Source: Actinomycetota bacterium (GTDB taxonomy: Bacteria > Actinomycetota > JAHEXW01 > JAGVPG01). Taken from it: 64,000 nucleotides of DNA. Below, one piece after another: positions 36,149-46,195 of this stretch. Numbering within the stretch: the first letter of the stretch is position 1; each line of letters starts with the position of its first letter. A program made the position numbers and the translations under genes. Location: NCBI GenBank assembly GCA_020052375.1, contig JAGVPG010000021.1, positions 17,969-81,968 of the forward strand, read 5' to 3'. The notes below the pieces were generated by a model, which was not told the DNA's origin, did no database searches, and was given only the letters and a program-made list of their open reading frames with translations.

Positions 36149-36877
36149 ATGGGATCAAAGGCGCTGAAAAAGGGGTATATGAGTATCGGAAAAGTGGTGG
36201 AGATCCTTGATAAGGAATTTCCGACACTATCGATCAGCAAGATCAGGTATCTTGAAGATGAGAAGTTGATCGACCCGAAAAGGACAAAAGGCGGGTACAG
36301 GCGTTTCACACAGGATGATGTGGACAGGCTGCGGATCATTTTAAAGCTGCAGAAAGACAGGTACCTGCCGCTCAGAGTCATTAAAGAAGAGCTGAAAAAG
36401 CTGAAAACAGGAAGGACTAAGACCGACGATCTGCTTGGTGATGTGAAGTCCGCGATGTCAGCAGCTGATGTGATCTCCGGTGACGGCAAGAGGATGACGC
36501 TCGATCAGGCACAAGAGGCCTCAGGATTGACTGGAAGGGAGATCCAGGAACTTGAGGCGTACGGTCTTGTGAAAGCGGAGGCGGGCGACAAGGGACCGAC
36601 ATATAGCCAAAGGAACGTACAGATAATGCATCTGGTCAAGACACTCGCAAAACACGGCATACAGGCCCGGCATCTCAAGATGTACGAGAGTTTCGCCGAG
36701 AGGGAATCCACACTTCTGGGGCAGATCGTAGCGCCTTATCTCAAACAAAAAAGCGAAGACGCCAAAGAGAAGGCTCTGCAGACGCTAGGGGACCTTACAG
36801 ACATTTCGGGCGAACTTAGGCAAGCGCTGCTGGATAAAAACCTGAAAGACTCACTCGACCTGACGACCAACCGATAG
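36149..36877 (+). CDS. MerR family transcriptional regulator
   Basis: MSIGKVVE..ISKIRYLEDEKLIDPKRTKGGYRRFTQDDVDRL. Confidence 0.8.
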   Translation: MGSKALKKGYMSIGKVVEILDKEFPTLSISKIRYLEDEKLIDPKRTKGGYRRFTQDDVDRLRIILKLQKDRYLPLRVIKEELKKLKTGRTKTDDLLGDVKSAMSAADVISGDGKRMTLDQAQEASGLTGREIQELEAYGLVKAEAGDKGPTYSQRNVQIMHLVKTLAKHGIQARHLKMYESFAERESTLLGQIVAPYLKQKSEDAKEKALQTLGDLTDISGELRQALLDKNLKDSLDLTTNR

Positions 36878-36895
36878 CCGAAGAGGGGCTTAACG

Positions 36896-37378
36896 ATGCC
36901 CGGGAGTGAAAGATTCGTCGCCGACCACATGTTGGGAAAGCTGGCGAGATGGCTGCGTCTGGCCGGGTTCGACACCTTGTATCTTAAACCCGCATCATAC
37001 TCAGACCTTATATGCGCAGCTAAAAAAGATGGAAGGACGATCGTTTCGCGGCATACAGGTCTTTTCAAGGTCAGAGAGATAACGGGAGGAGAAATAAAAG
37101 GGTTGTTATTGCGTGACGATGACATCGACGCGCAAATTAAACAGGTATTGACAGACCTAGATATAAGAATAAGTCCGGTTATAAGAAGATGTCCCGAAGA
37201 TAACCGGCAACTTGACGAGACGGTAAAAGAGCAGGCGAGACCATTCGTACCCCGTTATGTCTATCAGACACAGCAGACATTCGACAGATGCGCGGTGTGC
37301 AACAGGTTCTACTGGAGAGGCACGCATTACAGATCGATAAGCTTAAGACTCGCCGGTGTATTAAAGGAGGCCTCATGA
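36896..37378 (+). CDS. Mut7-C RNase (PIN-like plus zinc ribbon) domain protein
   Basis: MLGKLARWLRLAGFDTLY; CPEDN..CAVCNRFYWRGTH. Confidence 0.75.
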   Translation: MPGSERFVADHMLGKLARWLRLAGFDTLYLKPASYSDLICAAKKDGRTIVSRHTGLFKVREITGGEIKGLLLRDDDIDAQIKQVLTDLDIRISPVIRRCPEDNRQLDETVKEQARPFVPRYVYQTQQTFDRCAVCNRFYWRGTHYRSISLRLAGVLKEAS

Positions 37379-38760
37379 AGGCGTTTATAGTCCCGCATCC
37401 ACCGATCATGGTGCCCGAGATCGGACGATCACACCTGCAAGAGATAGAGAAGACCGTTATCGCGATGAAAGAACTGGGCGCCATGATGAAAGACGAGAAA
37501 CCGCAGAGTGTAATAGTGATATCGCCGCATAGCCCGGCTTTCGGCGATGCCTTTGCGGTCAAGACCATACCTCATCTCAAGGGCAGTTTTATGCAGTTCG
37601 GAGAGCCCGGAGTCGCCTTTGAATGGGAAACCGATATGGGTCTTGCGTCAGCAATTCTTGAAGCGTCAAAAGCCGCTGGTGTATCGACGGTGTCTCTGGA
37701 TGAGGACCTGGCTGAAAGGTTCGGGGTCGACGCGTCGATAGATCATGGCGTTCTAGCTCCTATGTATTACGTTTTTGCCGGGTATCAATGTCCGGTGGTC
37801 TCACTATCCATTTCGGGATTACCCCTAGTAGATCATTTTGCTTTCGGTATGACAATAAAAAAAGCGATCGACAAGACACAGAAGAAGGTCGTGTTCGTGG
37901 CAAGCGGGGATCTGTCGCATAGATTGACGAAGGAGGGTCCGGCAGGGTACAACCCCAAGGGTAAGGAATTCGACAGTCAGGTAGTAGAGTTGTTCAAAAA
38001 AGGAGACCTTGCGGGATTGATGAAGATCGATAAGGAGTTGATCGAGGATGCCGGCGAGTGCGGACTCCGGTCATACGTAGTCATGGCAGGTCTGATGGAC
38101 GGGGTCAAAGTGGAAGCGGAAGTGCTTTCTTATGAAGGCCCGTTCGGAGTGGGATACCCGGTCGGTATCATGACAGGGACCAAGGAGGCGCCTGGTAAAT
38201 GGGAAGGCATAGTCAAAGATATAGAGGATGAGAGGAAGAAAAGCATAGAGGAAGAATGCTTGCCTGTCCAAATAGCGAGACAAGCTGTCGAATCATTTGT
38301 AGGGGAAAGCAGACCGCCGTCCATACCGGAAGACCTTCCGGATTATCTGAAGAAGAAGGCCGGTGTGTTCGTATCGTTGAAGAGAGGTAATGTCCTAAGA
38401 GGGTGCATAGGGACGATCGAACCGGCGCAAGAGACGATAGCGGAAGAGATCGCCAGGAACGCTATCAGCGCGGCGACGCAAGATATGAGGTTCGAACCCG
38501 TTTCAGCGGAAGAACTGGCGGATATGTCATACTCCGTCGATATCTTAAGCGAATCGGAGTGCGTATCGGATACTGAATGCCTTGATCCCCGACAATATGG
38601 AGTCATCGTCGAAGCTGGCGGACGTAAAGGCCTACTCCTTCCCGACCTGGAGGGCGTCGATACAACGGACGATCAATTGGCTATCGCCAAAAGAAAAGCC
38701 GGTATCAAGGAAGACAAGCATTGCAGGATAAGCCGGTTCACAGTCACCAGATACCGTTAG
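37375..38760 (+). CDS. fusion of class III extradiol dioxygenase (LigB)-like domain and AMMECR1 domain
   Basis: MKAFIVPHPP N-terminus; C-terminal GVFVSLKR..LRGCIGT..YGVIVE..GLLLPDLEG; AAAGGAGG RBS and ATGA overlap with the upstream gene. Confidence 0.75.
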   Translation: MKAFIVPHPPIMVPEIGRSHLQEIEKTVIAMKELGAMMKDEKPQSVIVISPHSPAFGDAFAVKTIPHLKGSFMQFGEPGVAFEWETDMGLASAILEASKAAGVSTVSLDEDLAERFGVDASIDHGVLAPMYYVFAGYQCPVVSLSISGLPLVDHFAFGMTIKKAIDKTQKKVVFVASGDLSHRLTKEGPAGYNPKGKEFDSQVVELFKKGDLAGLMKIDKELIEDAGECGLRSYVVMAGLMDGVKVEAEVLSYEGPFGVGYPVGIMTGTKEAPGKWEGIVKDIEDERKKSIEEECLPVQIARQAVESFVGESRPPSIPEDLPDYLKKKAGVFVSLKRGNVLRGCIGTIEPAQETIAEEIARNAISAATQDMRFEPVSAEELADMSYSVDILSESECVSDTECLDPRQYGVIVEAGGRKGLLLPDLEGVDTTDDQLAIAKRKAGIKEDKHCRISRFTVTRYR

Positions 38761-39695
38761 TGATAGCGCTTGTCGGACCGACGGGCATCGGTAAGAGCGA
38801 GGTCGCATACTTACTGGCGAAGCGGCTTGACGGGGAGATAGTCTCCGCGGACTCGATGCAGATATACAAAGAGATAGACATAGGTACCGCGAAACCCTCG
38901 AAAAGCGACCGGAGTATGGTAAGACACCACATGCTTGACATCGTATCGCTAAAGGAAGAATACTCGGTCGCTCGTTTTCAAGAAGACTCAAGGCAGGCAA
39001 TAAGCGAAATACAAGGTTCCGGTAAGACACCGCTGGTAGTAGGCGGGTCCGGGCTATATATCCGGGCTATAGTCGATGACCTGGATTTTCCTCCATATAC
39101 AAAAAAGGCTCTCGAAATAAGAAAGCAGCTGGAAGAAGAGGCGGAAGCCAAGGGCGCAGCTCACTTATATGCCACATTGGAAGAGATAGATCCGGACACC
39201 GCCGCCGGGATCCATCCCAATGATATCAGGCGTGTGATACGAGCCATCGAGGTCAAGATGGTCTCTGGAAAGTGTTTTTCGGATTTTCCGAAGGCCTGGG
39301 TCAGCAGGGAATCCATATATGACCTGAAGATGCTCGGTTTAAGAACACAGCGTTCGACTCTTAATGAAATGATCGACTTAAGAGTCGACCGGATGATAGA
39401 TCAAGGGCTTATCGACGAGGTGAAAGATCTTGTAGACAAGGGTTTCATAAAAGAACTGAGGCGGAAGAGGGCGCTCGGGTATGTGGAGATACTCGACTAC
39501 CTGGAAGGGACCATACCGGTAGACGAAGCGGTCTCAAGGATAAAGGTAAAGACTCATCGCTTTGCCAAAAGGCAGATGACCTGGTTTAATGCAGACTCCA
39601 GGGTGGTATGGTTCGACAGAGGCAAAGAAGATGATGCAACGAAGTTGACGGATAGATTAGAATCATATTTAGAAGAGCTGAAGGATGAAGGATGA
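38721..39695 (+). CDS. miaA: tRNA dimethylallyltransferase
   Basis: VIALVGPTGIGKS, SADSMQIYKEIDIGTAKP, GGSGLY; TTG 38721 or GTG 38760 start. Confidence 0.9.
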   Translation: MQDKPVHSHQIPLVIALVGPTGIGKSEVAYLLAKRLDGEIVSADSMQIYKEIDIGTAKPSKSDRSMVRHHMLDIVSLKEEYSVARFQEDSRQAISEIQGSGKTPLVVGGSGLYIRAIVDDLDFPPYTKKALEIRKQLEEEAEAKGAAHLYATLEEIDPDTAAGIHPNDIRRVIRAIEVKMVSGKCFSDFPKAWVSRESIYDLKMLGLRTQRSTLNEMIDLRVDRMIDQGLIDEVKDLVDKGFIKELRRKRALGYVEILDYLEGTIPVDEAVSRIKVKTHRFAKRQMTWFNADSRVVWFDRGKEDDATKLTDRLESYLEELKDEG

Positions 39696-39708
39696 AGGCT
39701 GAAGGAGA
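39681..39708 (+). repeat. 7-nt array AAGGATG x2, AAGGCTG, AAGGAGA
   Basis: Read directly; spans the miaA TGA (39693-39695) and the dapF RBS. Confidence 0.9.
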
Positions 39709-39712
39709 TAGT

Positions 39713-40555
39713 GTGTGGGGATTTAAGGGGTTTGTGAAGGCGCAAGCGCTGGGGAATGATTTTATAATCGTCGATGGTCTCGAGAAAAAGGTAGACCTAA
39801 AGAAAGATGACATAGTAAAAGCATGCGACCGGCGCTACGGGATCGGAGCCGACGGCATCCTCGTGCTTGAGAAGTCCGCGAAGGCGGATCTCAAGATGCG
39901 GATATTCAACGCGGATGGTTCAGAGGCGCAGATGTGCGGCAACGGCGTAAGGTGCCTTGCCGTATATGCGGATCGCTACGGGTTGTGCAATAGATCTACT
40001 TTGCGGTTTGAGACGATCGCCGGTGACATAAACGTAAGACTGATAAAGAATGAGAGCGGGGGAGTTGAAGAGGTGCAGGTGGATATGGGTATCCCTGTTC
40101 TTGAACGCGCTAAGATCCCCATGAAAGGACCTAAGGGTGAAGTAACGGATGAACCGCTTACAGTAGGGCAGAAGAAACTGCTCGTCACATGTATATCGAT
40201 GGGGAATCCTCATTGTGTCGTATTTGTAAACAATGTGGAAGCTGCGCCGGTGGATAGACTGGGCCCGATGATCGAGAACCTACCGGTCTTTCCTGAAAGG
40301 ACGAACGTCGAGTTCGTGGAGGTAACCGGCCGTGATTTTCTGAAGATGAGGGTATGGGAAAGAGGAGCGGGGGAGACCTCCGCTTGCGGGACGGGAGCAG
40401 CCGCGTCTCTGGTGGCTGCGGCTAGATGCGGGCTTGCCGACAGAAAAGCGACAGTGAGCTTGAACGGAGGCTCTCTGATGATAGAATGGAAAAACAACGG
40501 TCACGTGCATATGACGGGGCCGGCGGAACTAGTCTTCGAGGGTCTGACGGTTTGA
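39713..40555 (+). CDS. dapF: diaminopimelate epimerase
   Basis: ALGNDFIIVDG, MCGNGVRC, MGNPHCVVF, SACGTGA; GTG 39713 after GAAGGAG (the ORF track gives 39692). Confidence 0.9.
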   Translation: MWGFKGFVKAQALGNDFIIVDGLEKKVDLKKDDIVKACDRRYGIGADGILVLEKSAKADLKMRIFNADGSEAQMCGNGVRCLAVYADRYGLCNRSTLRFETIAGDINVRLIKNESGGVEEVQVDMGIPVLERAKIPMKGPKGEVTDEPLTVGQKKLLVTCISMGNPHCVVFVNNVEAAPVDRLGPMIENLPVFPERTNVEFVEVTGRDFLKMRVWERGAGETSACGTGAAASLVAAARCGLADRKATVSLNGGSLMIEWKNNGHVHMTGPAELVFEGLTV

Positions 40556-40575
40556 GGTAAAGACGGAGGTTAAGA

Positions 40576-41064
40576 TTGCAGCATATCTGGGCACCATGGA
40601 GAGTCAAATATCTAGAAAGCGAGAAAGAAGGCGGTTGCATCTTCTGCGTTAAACCGCAAGCGGGCGAAGACGAAAAGAACTACATCGTCCATCGAGGAAC
40701 AAAATGTTTTGCCATATTGAATATTTATCCTTATAGTAACGGTCATCTTATGGTCAGCCCGTATCGTCACGTGGGGCGCATCGAGGGGCTGACGGATGAA
40801 GAACTGCTCGAGATGATGCAGATAGTAAGGAAAAGCGCTGTCATACTAAAAGAGCTGCTCGGTCCGGACGGATTCAATATGGGGATAAACGCCGGCGAAG
40901 CAGCCGGGGCGGGATTCGGCGACCACATACATATGCATGTGGTGCCCCGGTGGGCTCAGGATACGAACTTTATGCCGGTGATCGCGGATACGAGAGTCAT
41001 CTCGGAGAGTCTGGACTCGAATTACAAAAGGCTGGTGGAAAAGTGGAATTTGCAGAAAGGATAG
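40576..41064 (+). CDS. HIT family nucleotide hydrolase/transferase
   Basis: CIFC, NGHLMV, HIHMHVVPR. Confidence 0.85.
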   Translation: MQHIWAPWRVKYLESEKEGGCIFCVKPQAGEDEKNYIVHRGTKCFAILNIYPYSNGHLMVSPYRHVGRIEGLTDEELLEMMQIVRKSAVILKELLGPDGFNMGINAGEAAGAGFGDHIHMHVVPRWAQDTNFMPVIADTRVISESLDSNYKRLVEKWNLQKG

Positions 41065-42200
41065 AAAACCTTCCCCCTTATCTGTTCGCGGAGATAGACA
41101 AGAAGATAACTGCAAAGAAGAAGCAAGGAGTGGACGTAATATCCCTCGGAATGGGGGATCCTGTCGAACCGACACCGCAACATATAATAGACAGGTTATG
41201 TAAGGAAGCCAATGACCCGGCAACGCACCGGTATCCCTCCTATTACGGCATGCCGGCGTTCAGGAAGGAGATAGCTGCCTGGTATAAACGGCGTTTTGAT
41301 GTCGATCTGGATCCGGACACAGAGGTCCTTCCGTTGATCGGGTCGAAAGAAGGCATATCGCATATCTTTCTTAGCATCCTTGATAAAGGAGATATGGCTC
41401 TTATACCCGACCCTGGATACCCTGTCTATCAGACAGGCGTCATACTGGCGGACGGTGAGGTTAATTTCGTTTCGCTTCTTGAGAGGAATGAGTTCAATCC
41501 CGATTTTTCTATGATCGATCCCCACGCGTTGCGGCTGGCGAAGGTCATGTTCTTGAACTATCCGAACAATCCGACGGCAGCCGTAGCAAAGCCGAGTCTG
41601 TTCAGAGAGGCGGTCGAAACGGCATCGACATACAGTTTCATAATATGCCACGACTTTGCTTACTCGGAGATAACGTTCGACGGATACGGAGCTCCAAGCA
41701 TACTACAGACTCCGGGTGCCAAGGACGTTGCCGTCGAGTTCCATTCATTATCGAAGACATACAACATGACGGGATGGAGATGCGGCTGGGTGGCCGGAAA
41801 CGCCAGAGTGATCGAAGCGCTCGGGCGCGTTAAGACGAACATCGACTCCGGCATCTTCAACGCGATCCAATATGCGGGCATCGAGGCACTTACAGGCTCC
41901 CAGCAATGCGTGGAAGAGATGAGAGAGGTCTACAGGGTAAGGCGTAATCTGGTAGTAAACACGCTTAACAGGATAGGACTGGCGACACGGAAACCAAAAG
42001 GTACGGTATTCGTATGGGTCAAGGTACCTGACGGTTTCAAATCGGCTTCTTTCGCGAGCCATATCCTGGACAAGGCGGGTGTGGTCGTATCCCCCGGCAA
42101 CGCGTACGGACCATCGGGGGAAGGCTATATCAGGATATCATTGACTGTCAAAGACGACAGGCTGGCAGAGGCACTGGAGAGGATACAGGCAAATCTTTGA
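41043..42200 (+). CDS. dapL: LL-diaminopimelate aminotransferase-like class I aminotransferase
   Basis: IENLPPYLFAEIDKK, LGMGDP, NNPT, SLSKTYNMTGWRCG; probable GTG 41043 start. Confidence 0.7.
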   Translation: MEFAERIENLPPYLFAEIDKKITAKKKQGVDVISLGMGDPVEPTPQHIIDRLCKEANDPATHRYPSYYGMPAFRKEIAAWYKRRFDVDLDPDTEVLPLIGSKEGISHIFLSILDKGDMALIPDPGYPVYQTGVILADGEVNFVSLLERNEFNPDFSMIDPHALRLAKVMFLNYPNNPTAAVAKPSLFREAVETASTYSFIICHDFAYSEITFDGYGAPSILQTPGAKDVAVEFHSLSKTYNMTGWRCGWVAGNARVIEALGRVKTNIDSGIFNAIQYAGIEALTGSQQCVEEMREVYRVRRNLVVNTLNRIGLATRKPKGTVFVWVKVPDGFKSASFASHILDKAGVVVSPGNAYGPSGEGYIRISLTVKDDRLAEALERIQANL

Positions 42201-42802
42201 TGAAAGAACGTTTTATGGATTCGGGAATAGAACAGATCGAGAAGATCCCGTTCGGCACCCATATCTGTTTGTTCTTTAACGATAAAAAAGATATAACCGA
42301 TGTCGTCGTCCCGTTCATGGTAGAGGGGCTTAAGAACCACCAACTATGCATGTGGGTCGTCTATGAAACGGTCACAAAAAAAGAAGCTCTGGCAGCGTTA
42401 AGGGTCGCCATGCCCGATATAGATACCCGCTTGGAAATGGGCCAGTTCATACTTGTAAAAGGAGAGGAATGGGTGGCCAAACTGGCGGTTGAAGGCGGCT
42501 CGTTAACCCCGGATAGCATTATGGCTACATGGAAGGATATCATACGCAAGGCAAGGGAAGCGGGATTCGAAGGGCTAAGGGCGACAGGGAGCCTCACCTG
42601 GTTGCCGCGACAGTTCTGGGACGATCTAACTCAATGTGAGGACGAAGCGGACAAAGAGCTCAAACAGGAACCGGTCATCGCGCTTTGCCAGTACCATCTT
42701 CCGAAAGTAAAACCTGCGGAGCTTATAAAGATATCACGATCGCACGACTATACGCTGATAAAGAACGATGACAAATGGGAATGCATAGCCAGGACGCATT
42801 GA
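42200..42802 (+). CDS. MEDS-domain (DcmR-like sensory) protein
   Basis: THICLFFNDKKDITDVVVPFMVEGLKNHQLCMWV; TGATG overlap with dapL. Confidence 0.5.
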   Translation: MKERFMDSGIEQIEKIPFGTHICLFFNDKKDITDVVVPFMVEGLKNHQLCMWVVYETVTKKEALAALRVAMPDIDTRLEMGQFILVKGEEWVAKLAVEGGSLTPDSIMATWKDIIRKAREAGFEGLRATGSLTWLPRQFWDDLTQCEDEADKELKQEPVIALCQYHLPKVKPAELIKISRSHDYTLIKNDDKWECIARTH

Positions 42803-42813
42803 TCTTATAAAGG

Positions 42814-43560
42814 ATGCCGGCGCGCGACAAGTTGCATTGTCTTGCCCGCTCATTCATAATCTATATGATGAAAAGATCGACCAAGACCGCACTGATCATC
42901 ATCCCTATATTGATGCTTATATCATGCTGCATTATAAGCGGCATATCTTTCTACTTCTATCAGATCAAACAAGACATAGATAATAAATACAGGTCATATC
43001 CTTTAACTCTGAGCGCTTTTCAAACCGATGAAAGAAGCAGATTATTATCCGAATATAATGACCTAGAGGACCAGCGGTCGAGTGCGTGGTTTGAAGGGGA
43101 CAACGCGAAGATCATAGAGTTGAATGAAAAGGCAAAAACGATAGAGAAAAAGCTTGGCTATCTTGATTCAAAAACCTCTGGAGATCTAGATAATAAAAGA
43201 GATAAAGTCGATGCGTTCAGGCGATCTATTGAGAAACTACCAGGGGGTCTGGCTAGGAACATCCCGGGGATATCGGATGATAGGGCGATAGGCCTAAAAA
43301 TAGCGAATGCTTTTGTTGATGAGAACGATCTAGAAACAAAGCTCCTCGACATGCTGCAAAAGAGGACACTATTGCTGACTGACCTGGATCAGGCATACAA
43401 AGACTCGGCAAATGGAAAACTCGACATACCCGGCTTCAGCAAGGCGAGGAACAATGTCCTCGAAGAACTGGAAAAGATGACAAAACAAGAAGAGAAACAG
43501 GTCAAGCTGATAAGTCAAAAGTCGGAAGATATAAGAAGTCTGTGGGCTGAATATAAGTAA
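42814..43560 (+). CDS. membrane-anchored coiled-coil hypothetical protein
   Basis: TM helix ALIIIPILMLISCCIISGISFYF; start uncertain (42814 or 42865). Confidence 0.45.
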   Translation: MPARDKLHCLARSFIIYMMKRSTKTALIIIPILMLISCCIISGISFYFYQIKQDIDNKYRSYPLTLSAFQTDERSRLLSEYNDLEDQRSSAWFEGDNAKIIELNEKAKTIEKKLGYLDSKTSGDLDNKRDKVDAFRRSIEKLPGGLARNIPGISDDRAIGLKIANAFVDENDLETKLLDMLQKRTLLLTDLDQAYKDSANGKLDIPGFSKARNNVLEELEKMTKQEEKQVKLISQKSEDIRSLWAEYK

Positions 43561-43570
43561 AGGTCGGGGA

Positions 43571-44503
43571 TTGAAGCCGAAGCGCACAAGAAGACCCACT
43601 GATCAAGAAGGTTACGATAAAGCATACTGGTTTCTATTCGTATTCGCGATATTACTGATGATCGCGGGCGTTATGATCGAAGTATTTTATTACTACATCC
43701 CCAGAATGGAGCGCACAAAAGCAAGCGCTCACGAGTCCATCGAAAAGACGAAGAAAGACATCGAAGAAGCCGAAACCGCTCTTGAAGGACTTCCAGCAGA
43801 TGTAAGAAAGAGCGAAAAGAAAGAGATAGCCAAATCGATAGCCCTTTTAAACAATGCTCAGTCGATGTATGAGAGCGGAGGCATGTTCACGGCCGATATA
43901 TATCAAAAGGCACAAGGCCAGGCCGTCCTTGCTGACGCGGCTCCGGAACGCACCATAAAGAACGGGACGCTACTCGGTAATGTTTATAAAGAAGTCGTGA
44001 CGTCTACAGATACTCAGAAGATGCTTAACGCGGTCGCGGATTATTGTGATGACCTTGAGACCGCGTATCCGAAAGCGCAAGTACCGGGTGAGATCATAAA
44101 CAAGGCTTCAAAGGAGTTACTGACATCGGCGGATACTCATTTTAACAGACTTAAAAACATGGTCGATAATAACAAGGCATGGGAAAGCGATCTGACTCAG
44201 AACCAGAACACAAGCGTCGACCTGAAAACAAAGGATCCTGAAGAAACTGATTTCTTAGACAGGATGAGCACGGTCAGCCGGAAAACGCGTCAAAAAGACG
44301 ATCTGGTAAGGATATTTTATCTACTTTATAAGGCAAGCAGGGAAGGGGAGTTGTACGGGCGCGTGAAAGTAAAGCCTGACAGCTCGACGAATCTGCTTGA
44401 TTACTGGTCGAGCGATCTTAACAAGGTCAGAGAGCATAATGCAAGTATAAGCACTGATCTTAAAGAGGCCGAACGACTGCTAAAGTCTGTTAAAGGCGGT
44501 TGA
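43571..44503 (+). CDS. membrane-anchored hypothetical protein
   Basis: TTG start; TM helix YWFLFVFAILLMIAGVMIEVFYYYI. Confidence 0.45.
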   Translation: MKPKRTRRPTDQEGYDKAYWFLFVFAILLMIAGVMIEVFYYYIPRMERTKASAHESIEKTKKDIEEAETALEGLPADVRKSEKKEIAKSIALLNNAQSMYESGGMFTADIYQKAQGQAVLADAAPERTIKNGTLLGNVYKEVVTSTDTQKMLNAVADYCDDLETAYPKAQVPGEIINKASKELLTSADTHFNRLKNMVDNNKAWESDLTQNQNTSVDLKTKDPEETDFLDRMSTVSRKTRQKDDLVRIFYLLYKASREGELYGRVKVKPDSSTNLLDYWSSDLNKVREHNASISTDLKEAERLLKSVKGG

Positions 44504-44510
44504 AAGAAAT

Positions 44511-45035
44511 ATGCTTAGGACGAAGAAGCTTAGAAAGCTTAAGAAAAAAGCTAGGTCACAAGCGATGAAATACACCTTTATCGCTGGTGGCATCACAGCG
44601 ATCGGGGTCATTTTGATCGTTGCGATCGTGGCGTTTTGGCCGGCGGGATCCAGCGGTAACGCAGAAAGCCAAAAAAAGAAGACGAAGACGACAAAGACTG
44701 TGACAAAGAAACCGGCCAAGAAACCTGCTAAAAAGCCCGTGAAGGCACAAGAAAAAAAGATACCCCCGCCCCTTACAATAGACGAACCGCTCCCTGATAC
44801 GGATATTCCGCAGACCGCGACGACGATCAAAGGCAGCACCGCGCCGGGATGTACTCTTACGGTAAACGGGCAGAAATACGAGATCCAGCCCGACGGTGGT
44901 TTTGCGGTGAATGTGGAGCTTGTCCGGGGGATAAACACGTTCGACATGAAGTCCGTATCGCCTCAGGGATTGAGCAAGGAGAAAGAGGTCGTGATCAACT
45001 GCACCGTGACTTCATCAAAACAAAGGTCTCCCTAG
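44511..45035 (+). CDS. membrane-anchored protein with Lys-rich KKPA repeats and Ig-like C-terminal domain
   Basis: TM helix; KKPAKKPAKKPVK; TIKGSTAPGCTLTVNGQKYEIQPDGGF. Confidence 0.45.
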   Translation: MLRTKKLRKLKKKARSQAMKYTFIAGGITAIGVILIVAIVAFWPAGSSGNAESQKKKTKTTKTVTKKPAKKPAKKPVKAQEKKIPPPLTIDEPLPDTDIPQTATTIKGSTAPGCTLTVNGQKYEIQPDGGFAVNVELVRGINTFDMKSVSPQGLSKEKEVVINCTVTSSKQRSP

Positions 45036-46084
45036 CTTTTTAAGTACTCAAGCCACTTGCTCTCGAGGGTCGTAGAGTCCGGTATCTCACCGGCGTATAC
45101 GGATGACAGGGCTGCATCCAAAGCCTGACCGGCCTGCATGTTTTTCAATAGAGTCATAAACCTGTACATCCCGTACTGGTTGATAAGATAAGAGACGATG
45201 CTTGCGGATTCCGCGTAGTAGATCTGGATCTGCGTATCGGTGGCGTCTTCCTTAAGGCTCATCGACTTGACAGGTATGTGCCTGCCTTGCTGCAGATCGG
45301 TCTGGTATTCAGTCGATCGCCTGTTTACCTGGGAATCATCGAATTTGGCCTCTTCAAAAGAGGCGATACCCTCGTGGAGCCAGTTCGGGATCTTGTTGCC
45401 CGAATTAAAGAATTCAAAAACAATGGCGTGCGTCATCTCATGGGGGAGGGTGCTTGTCATCGTCGGTGAGCTGCGTTCGACATTGATGATTATGCTTTTA
45501 GTCTCGTAATCCGTGAGAGCGCCTGCTCTGGCCGTCTTTTCATTGCTTACATCGAGGTATTCTTTATCGTTAGCCGTAAGGATCAACAGGAACTTACCCC
45601 GGCGCATCTCATTCTTGGGGTCTATTAAAAGATCTGAACATATCTTTGCGAAATCCGGCTCGGCTTGCTGAAAAACCGAATCCCCGACTTTCGCGTCATG
45701 GTAATAGACGATAAAGTGGTCACTGCTGTTTTTCTTAAAGGAGCTAAGGGTGCTGCCGTAGGACTTGGCTTTATAAAGGGTTTGGTAGCTCATCAGGTCC
45801 CCGACGATGCCCCATTGAAGGTAGAAGATGTCTAAAAGAAGTGCCGACATGGCAAGTATGAGTATAAACATCAACCATTGCGGCACCCGCGGCTTCTTCT
45901 TACCGGAACCGGACCCCTGGTCGTAATCGTCACCGACAGGTATTTTAACAATACAATCCATGCAGTATCGATACCCGTTGCGTTCGGCAAGGCACTCATC
46001 GCAAAAGAACTGCCAGCAACCGGCGCACCGTCCGTATGCTGCTTTCTTGGGATGGTTCTTACAATTCTCGTTAAGAAATTCCAT
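45032..46084 (-). CDS. zinc-finger (B-box-like) - TM - MA-clan metallopeptidase-like protein
   Basis: CKNHP..CAGC..CDEC..CMDC; TM helix; HEMTHA with downstream HEGIASFEE. Confidence 0.55.
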   Translation of the reverse strand: MEFLNENCKNHPKKAAYGRCAGCWQFFCDECLAERNGYRYCMDCIVKIPVGDDYDQGSGSGKKKPRVPQWLMFILILAMSALLLDIFYLQWGIVGDLMSYQTLYKAKSYGSTLSSFKKNSSDHFIVYYHDAKVGDSVFQQAEPDFAKICSDLLIDPKNEMRRGKFLLILTANDKEYLDVSNEKTARAGALTDYETKSIIINVERSSPTMTSTLPHEMTHAIVFEFFNSGNKIPNWLHEGIASFEEAKFDDSQVNRRSTEYQTDLQQGRHIPVKSMSLKEDATDTQIQIYYAESASIVSYLINQYGMYRFMTLLKNMQAGQALDAALSSVYAGEIPDSTTLESKWLEYLKS

Positions 46085-46195
46085 ATGATTCTCCGTTTGC
46101 GCAGTATTGGTATATATATCGTTTTACAGAGCGCTACACATTAGCATTATCTAACAAGATTTTATCAGAGCGTCCATATAGTTTAAACTATTGGT

